DNA from: Hypanus sabinus
Taxonomy: Eukaryota
Direction of reading: 5' to 3'
Length of the DNA: 64,000 nt
Assembly: GCF_030144855.1 (NCBI RefSeq)
Contig: NC_082714.1
Coordinates: forward strand, 31,682,001 to 31,746,000
Position numbers and translations under genes: made by a program. Shown piece after piece: positions 51,504-61,704 of this stretch. The stretch's first letter is position 1, and each line of letters starts with the position of its first letter. The notes beneath the pieces were generated by a model. The model did no database searches, was not told the DNA's origin, and saw only the letters and a program-made list of their open reading frames with translations.

Positions 51504-51634
51504 TATGTATAGCCTGGAATATTAAGCACATAGTGCTTTTCACTATGTAACCACATTTCTGTAATAGCTATTACATCAGCCAATTTAATGTGTGTTTCTT
51601 TAAATTTTGTGAAACATCAGGTGTTTGGCTTGTT

Positions 51635-51712
51635 ATCCTGATGAAGGGTCTTGGTCCGAAATGTTGACTGTTTATTCATTTCCATAGATACTGCCTGAGA
51701 ACTGCTGAACTT
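51635..51712 (+). ncRNA. Penelope-derived fragment with intact hammerhead core
   Basis: CTGATGA (51638-44) A GGG TCTTGG TCC GAAA (51658-61) TG TT gactg; 5' strand of stem I largely truncated. Confidence 0.6.
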
Positions 51713-51714
51713 GC

Positions 51715-52660
51715 CACCTCCTGCAAACCATGGTGAACAAGCTCATACTCTTGTCTAAATACACCATTGTGCAATGCGATGTTTGTCTTCCTAATGAACA
51801 GAGCTCAGATAGTCAGGATGCACATCTGCCCCTCCCTCCACATCATCCTCAACACGGGTGCCAGCCAAAAAACTCTTCCTTAATGTCAATAAGACAAAGG
51901 AGTTCCAGGAGAACCCATTCCATTCACCTACCCCCCTCCCTTTACATCGGGGCACAGCAGTGGACGCTGAAAGCCGTTTCAAACTTCCACAACCGCTCAA
52001 GGCCCAGAATACATCATGCCCAGTTAAGAAAGGTCACCGAAGCCTTTACTTTCAGAGGAGGCTGAAGAGAGTTGGACTTTGCACATCTGCCGCAAGTCAT
52101 TCGACAGATGCGAAGTAGAGAACATCCTAACAAGCTGTATCACTGCATGGTATGGAAACTTCACTACGGCAGACAAGGAGGCTCTGGAGAGGGTTGTCCA
52201 AACTGCCCAAAGCACCATCTTATCTGGCATTAATGACATTTATACAAAAAGATGTTAAATAAGGGCCAGTATCATCATGAAGGATCCCACACACCACACA
52301 CCCAGCTCATGGACTGTGCTCCACTACTATCAGGGAGGAGGCTACGTAGCAATGACATCAGGATCACTATACTCAAAGTAACAGTCACTTTTGCAAGCAG
52401 CAAGGCTGATCAACACATTCACCCACTAACTCCAGCTCTACTTTATTATTTTCCATCAGTCACCTTTTGTACAACCTAGTGTCACTATATGGACATACAA
52501 TCAATTTATGTATATAAGCTATTTTATGCATTCATGTTTATTGTGTTTATTATATTATCATTGTGAGCTTAATTTTTTGTGTTGCATCGGATATGGACTA
52601 ACAATTACTTTGTTCTCCTTACACTGTATACAGGAAATTAGATTAAACAATCTTAAGTCT
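51715..52660 (+). mobile_element. Rex1/Babar LINE 3' portion, decayed
   Basis: LNVNKTKE, SLYFQRRLK, ILTSCITAWYGN, LLSGRRLRS remnants; ATTAAA plus tail. Confidence 0.8.
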
Positions 52661-53019
52661 TGTATCATTGATTTGCTCCAGGATCTGCAGAATCTCTTGT
52701 GTTTAGACGTTTGACATGATTTCCAAACCACCTGTTTACAAAATTTTCTATCATTCCACTAACTATTTAATCACTATTTCCACCCAGAAACTTTGCTTTA
52801 GAGCGGAGTATGACTCGCTCAGTCTGCAAGCGTTATATTAACATAAAGGCATGGTGCATTGGTTCAAAATAAATAACAATATCCGAAAAGAAACCTCAAC
52901 AATTTGAACTTAACTAAAATGGAAGTATTAAGGTTCACTTGACTGATGTGCTAACAGAAACTTAACATGTAGATAAATAGAGTGTCTGGCATTTAGTAGA
53001 AGCCAGTTCAATGCATGTG

Positions 53020-53460
53020 CGGTTTGGATCCGTGCGGCCGCCGTCCGTCCCATCGGCCTCTGCTGCCGTTGTTGGGAGCGAGTGAGATTCCGGTGTTGGG
53101 TTCCTAGTGGCTGTCGAGATGTGGGGTTGAGCTACCGGTCTGCCCACCTTCGGGATCCCGCCGTGCGCCATCCAGTCTCCCTCTCACCTGCTCCGGGCCG
53201 GAATCGGGTGAGTGCTTCTGCTGAGCGGCGGAAGGTTTGGGCCCCCCTCCCTAGGACTTGCAGCCGTGGAGCGTGGACTGGGCCTCTGTAACAGTTGGGG
53301 ACGGACTGAGAGAGTCAAGGCCTCCATGCTCACGCCCTTTTCTGAAGAGAAGTTGTTTGCAATGGCGTCACGCTGCACACAGCATGTGTCCACAAACAGA
53401 AGGTCGATCGTGACCGAAATGTTTCTGAGGTGAAAAGTCGTGGTTATGACACCTGCGAAT
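53020..53460 (+). promoter_or_regulatory. INTS15: CpG island: probable INTS15 promoter and non-coding first exon (donor CGG|GTGAGT at 53208)
   Basis: Only CpG-dense tract upstream of the INTS15 coding exons; consensus donor; the INTS15 ATG exon begins with an acceptor. Confidence 0.65.
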
Positions 53461-54469
53461 AACGCCTCCACCCTTCTTCCTACAACTTTCTGTCCTCGAT
53501 TTCAAATGACATTGTACTTTTTTCATTTGTTATTAGTCTTGAGCTTATTTTGTTCTAAAGTAGTTTTTGGACACAAACATTTCTGCCTTAGAGTGGAGAT
53601 TATTACCAAGTGAGTCTGCAAACACAAAGGCTTAATATGTTGATTCAAAGCAACACCTCAGCTCTACCAATCATAACTTCTAACTTTATTTTGATGCCCT
53701 GATCTGTGAAGGTGTAAGCTATTCGCAGGCACGGTCAACATTCCTGTTCCATAAGGTTACTTGTTCAGAACATTTTTACGATTAGGAGGTATTTTTCACC
53801 TTTTCAAATCTGAAATAAATATGTTCTTAGTTTAAATGGTATTTGTTTAAAATCTGCTGTGGCGTACAGAATATTATTGCAGGATGCGCCCATTGAGATT
53901 AGGTTAAATAACCAATAAGGAGAAAATAATTACTGTATACTGACTCAGTTTGCAGCTTAAGAGACATCCTTTCAAATGTGCAAGTCCTCACATGCAATTT
54001 GAATAGCTTCCTGTCATTAGTCAAGTTTCATTTTGGTATACATCTGGAAGTTTGTGGATCAGCCTGGCAAAGGTACATAGAAACAAAATATTTTTTGTTT
54101 ATTTGGACACAGAACAAAATTGTTAAGCAGAAAAATGAAGTAATTTCAAAAGGTAAGCTAGAGTATGGTATCTACAAAACCTCCGTCACTGGAATTTGGC
54201 TGCTGTCAGAATAGCCTAGGCAAATAACTACAATGCATGTGTACATGATGGTCTTGTCAGAACTGAACAAATTTGTCAAGGCAACTTACCTTCTTGCTAT
54301 AGCTGTTAATTAATGCATTTTGGAACTTTGTTATAATTTCATGGACAATATTTGTTATTCATTTTTCAGCACTCATGGCTCATCCTTATTTGCCCTCAAG
54401 TACACGGTAGTGAGCTGCCACCTTCATGCACTGTAGTGCTTTTGGTCAAGGTGCTTCCCCAATACAATT

Positions 54470-55680
54470 AAAACCATGACCATAGAATTACAGAACAGAA
54501 GTGGGCCTGTAGCCTGCCACATCTATGCCAACTATTTTTGCCCATCAATGCTCATCCTAATTGCCTGCAATACACCTGTATCTTTCTTTGACTTTAAGTG
54601 TCTTTCTATTTATCTCCTAAGCAGATGTTTGCATTCAATTCCTTCATCATCTCCTCTAGCAGAGTTTTCTAAATATAAACCACTATCTGTGATGGTATGA
54701 GTATCAGTTTCTCCTTCTGGTAAACAATTCACCCCTCCTCTTCCTCTATTCCCTACTCTGACCTTTTACCTCCTCACCTGCCTATCATTTCCCTCTGGGT
54801 CCTCCTTCCTTCCCTTTCTCCTATGGTCCACTCTCCTCTCCTATCATCTTCCTTCTTTTCCAGCCCTTGACCTCTCCTGCCCACCTGGCTTCACCTATCA
54901 CCTTCTAGCTAGCATCCCTCCCCTTCTCCCACCCCTTCTCCCATATTTTTACTCTGGCATCTTCCCCCTCCCTTCTCAGTCCTGAAGAAGGACCGTGGCC
55001 CAAAACAGTGACTTTCTATTAATTTCTATAGATGCTGCCTGACCTCCTGAGTTCCTCCATCATTCTGTGTGTGTTGATCTGTGTCAAATAAAACTTTTCC
55101 CTCAAATTTCCTTCAAAACTCTTCTCTCACTTTAAACCCATGTCCACTTGTTTGTGATTATACCTACCATGGGTAAAAGATACTGACTTTATAATTTTAT
55201 ATATCACTATCAGGCCACCCCTCCATTTCCACTGCTCTTGGGACATCTCTCCTCCAATCCAGTCAAAGTGCTGATGAATCTTCTCTGTATTCTCTCCAGC
55301 ACAACCACACCCTTACTATGGTGTGAAAAGCAGAACTGCACAGTACTGCAAGTGCAGTCTTACCGCTGTTATCAAGTGTCCTTTATGTTCTTGTCATGAT
55401 CTATGTCACCTTTGTCACCCTGTGTGACCATTCAGGGAATTATAGTTGAATCCCGAGGGCTTTCTGTTGATCAACGTTCATTAGCACCTATCATTTGCTG
55501 TAAATGAATTGCCCTTCTTTTGAGTTCCCAGAATGCATAATCTTCCATTTGTGGTGCTTAAATTCCATCCGCCAAAATTCTGCCCAACTTTTTATGTGAT
55601 CTGCATCCTTAGGCAATCTTTGTGGCTATTCATAACATTTCCAACTTCCATGACATACACAAATACACTAATTATCCTGA
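54470..55680 (-). mobile_element. Old CR1 LINE 3' portion, split by a Penelope insert
   Basis: (ACCAT)n-like tail at ~54473; LHLQYCAVLL/LEYCVQFW-like remnant near 55330-55360. Confidence 0.6.
54692..55076 (+). mobile_element. Penelope-like 3' fragment with mutated hammerhead (GAAA to AAAA)
   Basis: Homologous to 36398-36810; 7-bp TSD ATCTGTG at 54685-54691 and 55077-55083. Confidence 0.75.
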
Positions 55681-58198
55681 TCCTTATATTGGGAGTTTTG
55701 GAATCTGTGACCAGGCATGATCGGGAAATGGGGATATATTGTTTGACTTGAATGGTGCAGTTGGTGATGTTTTTGTGTGCCTTTACACTTATTCTGCATT
55801 GGTAGATGTTTTGGGTTCTGGATGTGATGGAATTGTCCTGGTATGCAATTGTACTGCATTTTTGTAGATGACATGTACTTCAGTCATGGTGCTCAGCTGG
55901 TGGAGAGACTGAATGCTTAGGGTGGTGCTTGGGTTGCAGTCATGCAGCCTACTTCGTTCTTGATGGTGTTGAACTTCAAAATGTTGTTGGAACTACATTC
56001 ATGTAAGCATAACTGGTACCTAACTAGTACCTTGTGAGTTGTTGAAGACTTTAGGATAAGTTGTGGTTAGCAGGAAATCCAGCCTCTTACTGTGTTCTTA
56101 AACCCACAACATGTAATTGGCTGAGCCACTTGAGTTTTCCATCAATTATGTTGATGGGAGGGGGATATAATGTTGACATTGCCATTGAATATCTACAGTA
56201 GGTGGTTATTGTACACTTGTTGAAAATGGTTATTGTTTCCCACTGTTGTGGGATAAACGTTACTTGTCATTATCAACCCATGCCTGTTAACGTCGCCTAG
56301 ATCTTGCTTCATATCTGTGTAGATTGCTTTATTTTTTGAGGAGCTGTAATAGCATTGTACCGTCACCAATTCTGACCTTGTGATGGATAGAATGTTATTG
56401 AAGATCATTGTGAGTAGGACACAGTTTGAAGGAACTTACACAGTTATGAGACATTAACTATTTGACATGGGAACAGAATTAGACCATTTAGTCTTGGGCT
56501 TGTAAAGCTAGAGATGAAGTGACATTCAGTACAATAGCTTATCTTACCATTGCTCTTTCTTCTTGGACAGTAAGATTCCTCCTTAATGCCAGTGCTATCT
56601 TCATTTGGCTGATATAAAATGCAGTGATTTAGTTGTTTCTGGATGTTGCACTGGATGTAGCTGATACAAGCAGAAGTTAGTAGATCAAATTTTCCTCTTG
56701 AACAGTTTCATAATATATATTAATTTTTCAGTTTAAAATATCAATACCTTTTTTAGACCAAATCACCATGATTTTATGAATAATATGTTATATTGTGCCA
56801 AGACAGTTTCTTGTTAAAGATGTCACTTCTAATATTTTCCATTTGCTGAAGATCACCATCAGCTTAAAAGTTTTAATGAACAAGTAATAGCCTAGAATAT
56901 CCAGTGCTAAGAAAAACTCTCAAAATTCACTTTTATACCACACAACTCAAAGCACTTAAGACCATGAGACATGGAAGCAGAATTAGGACAATCATCCCAT
57001 TGAGTCTGCTTTGCCATTTGATCATAGAAAATTGATTTTCTCTCAAAACCCCATTCCCCTGCCTTCTCCCTGTAATCTTTGACAACCTTTCTAATCAAGA
57101 ACCTATCAACTGTGCTTTAAGTTCCCATGGTAATAATCATGCTGGAGTATGATGGAAGTTCTCAGTGACAAGGGCATGAAGTATGTGAAGTTACCATAAC
57201 TAGAAAGAAGGTTCTTGAGGAAACTGAAAGATTCAATGAGGGTGGCCTCACTGAAACCTGTCAAATGGCGAAAGGCCTTGATATAGTGGATGTTCTCTAT
57301 GGTGGGAGAGCTTAAGACCAGAGGACACAGCCTCAGAGTAGAGGGGTGTCCTTTTAGGATGGAGATGAGGAAGAATTTCTTTAGCCAGAGAATTCTTTGC
57401 CACAGGCAGCTGTGGAGGCCAAGTGTTTATGTATATTTATGACAGAGGTTGATAGATTCATGATGAAATGGCAGAGCAGACCTGATTGGCCACTCTGTCT
57501 AATTCTGCTCCTATATCTTATGGTAATAGGCAAATTGCTGACTGCTATTCTGTGGGTTGGCTTTGACGGTGACTGTAATTAATATAACTTCATTAATTTG
57601 AGGTGAACTTGACTATTTCTGTGCTTTACTTGTATAAAAACCAATGAAAATGTTGAATAAGGTGAAATTTTAATGGCTTATTAAGGGAAAATTACTGTAA
57701 TCAGTCTCTTTACTGCCAAGGAACAAATTCTATTAATTTGTGTGTCATTCTCTCCATATGTTGACAATAAATTCCATTTATTTTGAAATGTTTGTTATTA
57801 ACTTAAATATTTCATAATTCAGCTTCTGTCTCAATCCCCATATTAACATATCAAACTTTTCATTTTATTTTTTGTAATATGATTTAAAATATATTTATTT
57901 AGTGTTTATTATTTATTTGCTGACAGCCAGAGCCGTTACTGTGGAGCTCAGCCTGTTCCTCGACCTGTAGGTTCCCTGTTGATCACTGTGGCGTGAAAAT
58001 CTCACAAAAAATGGAAGAAATTAAAATTGAATTTCGGAGACCTTTGGGAAGTGTTGTCCCTTTGTCACTGGCCACAAAATATGGGGCAGTAAATGACAGC
58101 TTTAATAATACAGATTTTCATAGGTTCCAGTTTCACTTTCATAGTACAGATTTTATAGGTTCCAGTTGGTGACTACTTATAAATCATATTAAATATTT

Positions 58199-58489
58199 TT
58201 TCAAAACTTTTGTTATTGTATTTCAAGTAGTTACAAAATAAAAGTGGAAAAAAATTGTATATTACCCATCCCCCCTCCCTTTAACCCCTCCCCCCTAGCA
58301 TCCCTATAGAAAAAAAAGAGAAAGGAGGAAAAAAAAGAAAGAAAGAGTGCCTGGATATTGGAAGATCCCCACATGCTCCATGGAGTTCGTAATAACTTTA
58401 GTATATATATGTATTTCTTTCCCCAAATGACTAATTATTTCATCTTCGGAGCACCTATATATTTAATCCTGTCTTTTGTAAATAAGGAC
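58199..58489 (-). mobile_element. 5'-truncated L1/Tx1-like LINE 3' end
   Basis: 16-bp TSD ATCATATTAAATATTT (58183-98, 58490-505); minus strand reads CPYLQKTGLNI*, then a G-tract 3' UTR and short A tail. Confidence 0.7.
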
Positions 58490-59118
58490 ATCATATTAAA
58501 TATTTAAGCAACCTAGGTACATTGCGCTCTTATCTCAAACTGTCAGGAAAATTGGTTATTAATGCGTAACTGTCAGTGTAACAAAATAAAACAATCGGGC
58601 AGAAGTAGTGGAAGTAGGAAAAATATATTTACACCTTTTACATCAGAATATTTTAAATCATGTGATGTAATTGTTTAGACAAACAAGAATTACAGTGATA
58701 ATATCTTGATAGTTTAGTATTTTATCTGCTAAATGATTGAACTCTAGAAAAAGATTTGATGCTTATTTAAAAGCGCTTGGACATTATATCTACTTATAGA
58801 AAATCTGACAGGTCATGTGGTGCTAGGTTACTTGTGAAAATGATTAGATTAAATTTGTTAAATGTTAAAATGTGTTTTCCATAAAGTGATATTGAACATA
58901 TTTCACAGAAAGGTAGGTTTTATATTAAAGTGACCTTGAGGTAAAATAAAGATTATAGAAATGGCTTGGAATAAACATATTTAAACTTTTGTAGACCCTA
59001 AAATTAAGTTCTAATTTTACTTGTCCTTCTGCAAAATAAGGTGTAAACTACTGAAGTAAATAAAATGAAAATGTCCTGTATTTTATTGCACTGCTAACTT
59101 ATGTGTCTACTGAACAGG

Positions 59119-59310
59119 ATGACTGATATTCGCCATTCCCTTTTGAGGCGAGATGCTTTAAGTGCAGCAAAAGAACTCCTGTATCATTTGGACATATTCT
59201 TCAACAGCCAGCTGCAGAATGTACCTGGTCCACTGGTTGACAAGTCCACCATTGAACTGGTGGAGGAATTTATTTTTCAGCTTCCAAAAGAACGTAATAC
59301 ACAGCCAAAA
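59119..59310 (+). CDS. INTS15: Integrator complex subunit 15 (C7orf26), first coding exon
   Basis: MTDIRHSLLRRDALSAAKELLYHLDIFFNSQLQNVPGPLVDKSTIELVEEFIFQLPKERNTQPK matches the recalled C7orf26 N-terminus; donor GTAAGT. Confidence 0.95.
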
Positions 59311-59374
59311 GTAAGTTAAATAAGTAAACTGTACAAGATAATTTCAAAAGACCTATAATTCAGACCATAATTCA

Positions 59375-60003
59375 AACTGGACCAGCGTGTCCAGTTTGAC
59401 TCCTATAACAGAGCCAGCCTTTCTAATCAGTTTATTGAGCCTGTTGGCATCACTGATGTGCCATTGCCCCAGCACACCACTGCATAGAAGATTGTACTGG
59501 TGACAACAGACTGGTAGAACATGTGAAGGCGAGGCCTGCCTACTCCAAAAGACCTCATTCTTCTCAGGAAGTAGAGGCAACTCTGGCCCTTCTTGAATAC
59601 AGCCTCTGTGTTGATGCTCCAGTCAAGTCTGTGATCCAGGTGCACACGCAGGTACTTGTAGGTCCTCACCGTCAATAGTAACAGGGAGCTGTAGAGGCTT
59701 TGTCTTCCTGAAGTCCATCACCATCTCTTTTGTCTTACTGATGTTGAGCTGCAGATGATTCAGCTGACACCACTTGACAAAGTCCTTGTGTCCTCCCTTT
59801 ATGCACCCAGCTATTGCTTAGTCATCAGAGAATTTCTGCAGATGACATGGCACTGTTATATCTAAAGTCTGAGGTATACAGGGTAAACAGAAGGGGGCAA
59901 TACTGCCCCCTATTGGCCCCCAGTGCTGCTTATTGCCACGTCTGACACACAGCTCTGAAGCCGTACAAACTGTGGTCTGCCAGTCAGGTAGTCCATTCTC
60001 CAG
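59375..60003 (-). mobile_element. Rex1/Babar LINE RT fragment
   Basis: ORF 59427-59675 YKYLRVHLDHRLDWSINT...FYAVVCWG; QKFSDD upstream. Confidence 0.8.
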
Positions 60004-60754
60004 TTTACAATGGAAGTGCCAACCTGCATTGAAGGGAGCTTTTCCTCTTGTAATGAGGGCTGTATGGTATATGAGATCTGCAAACTTTGGAAATGTACAA
60101 AAACAAATTAGAAATACATGGAAAGAGTGGAATAGTTAAATGTTTCAGGCAGTGCCCTTTTTGAGAATAAGGATGAGGCTTAAAGAATTTGTTCTTTTCA
60201 TGTATGACAGATCTGGAGAATTTACCATGATGGACAGCAAATTTGGGACTTTGGCATAAGCATGTAAGAATGAGGACGTCCCAAATTTCCATTTGATAGG
60301 AAGCATACCTATTTGACTTCTTGATTTTAGTGTGCAGGAATGGAATAAACTTAAGATAATTTTTTCTGATAACACTAAATTAAATTTTTACTGCTTTCTA
60401 GTGTTTTAAACATTTAAAATTTATGTTAGTTTAATTTTCAAATATCTGTGAATATTGTAGACATTCTCCAATATTCAAGCTGTTTGACAGGCTGTTGGGT
60501 TTAGGATGAAATTTGTTGGGCTACCAAAAGCATTTCTGTTATCTGTGCAGAACCTCTGTTGAAGAAGAATTAGCTGGGGGTATCTGCTTAGTAGGGGAAA
60601 AAACTGATGTGAGGGCAGGTGAGTATGCTATTCTTAGTAAGTGTTAGGCCATTAGTTTTCCAATGATATGTATCTTTTTAAAATTTATTTTAATTGTGCT
60701 TTCTTCTGAGAGGTCTATTTCTACTGTGTACTAATTATATTTTTTTATTGTAAG

Positions 60755-60976
60755 CGGTTAAGTTCATTACAGGAGCTACAATTGCTGGAGATCATGTGTA
60801 GTTACTTCCAAGAACAGAGTAAAGATGCAGTTCGACAGATCATCTTCTCTGCACTGTTTGGTCCTCAGGGTAATAAAGCTGATGAAAATAGGCTGGCTAT
60901 GTTGGGAAAACTTGTATCCATGGCAATAGCAATTTGTCGTGTTCCCATTTTGGAATGTACTGCATTATGGTTGCAG
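60755..60976 (+). CDS. INTS15: INTS15 second coding exon
   Basis: RLSSLQELQLLEIMCSYFQEQSKDAVRQIIFSALFGPQGNKADENRLAMLGKLVSMAIAICRVPILECTALWLQ; 222 nt; CAG|GTATGT. Confidence 0.95.
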
Positions 60977-61327
60977 GTATGTTTCACCTAGTGAAAAAGC
61001 AAATTTTAAAGGATATTGTAACATAGATTTTTGTACTATAATAATGAATGGATATTCTAATAAATTGTCACCATCATTTGTATGTTTTTGAGGAGTACAA
61101 GAGATTGGTAATTAAAGTTGCAAAAGAAAATCCTTATGATTATCATGTTTATAAAAGTAATGTTTTATATACATAATTAAAACTTCGCTGTGTTTTACCA
61201 GGTTGCTTGCATGATTTACTGTATCCATTGCCAGTGTTGTATTATTAATTTTTAAATATGGTTAAATCAATCATTTAATGATACTTAACATTAAAAATGT
61301 TTGAAATTACATTGGTTGGATTTGCAG

Positions 61328-61493
61328 CGAACGCATGCGGTATTCTGTGTGAAACTTGCAAAGGTACTTGTTGAGGATTACTGCATATTGGTACCAGGAT
61401 CTGTGCAGACATTAAAGCGAATTGTTCATGCCAGTCCACGGTTTTGCTGTCAGCTGATCACTGCTGTCACTGCATTATATGACCTTTCAACAG
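61328..61493 (+). CDS. INTS15: INTS15 third coding exon (gene continues beyond window)
   Basis: RTHAVFCVKLAKVLVEDYCILVPGSVQTLKRIVHASPRFCCQLITAVTALYDLST; tttgcAG / G|GTATGC. Confidence 0.95.
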
Positions 61494-61704
61494 GTATGCT
61501 ATTTTTCTTAATGAAGTCTCTGATTGTGCCGATATGAATGGCTTAATTTTATACGATTTTAAATTATATTTTTCCCGTCTGCGTATTTTCATGCTCTACT
61601 CTGATTATGCTACTGCACTCAATTAGTTGGCAGTATTTCAAGGGAATGTTGAAATTTGGGGGAAAAAAAGTTTCTTTTTTTCTCTCTCTCATTACAATAA
61701 CTTA

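Noticed and set aside
57927-57970. Extra non-coding INTS15 exon
   Set aside because: Acceptor is plausible but the candidate donors are weak; cannot be supported without RNA data
58109-58167. 23-bp direct repeat as CRISPR-like or regulatory array
   Set aside because: Only two copies; ordinary local tandem duplication in a eukaryotic intron
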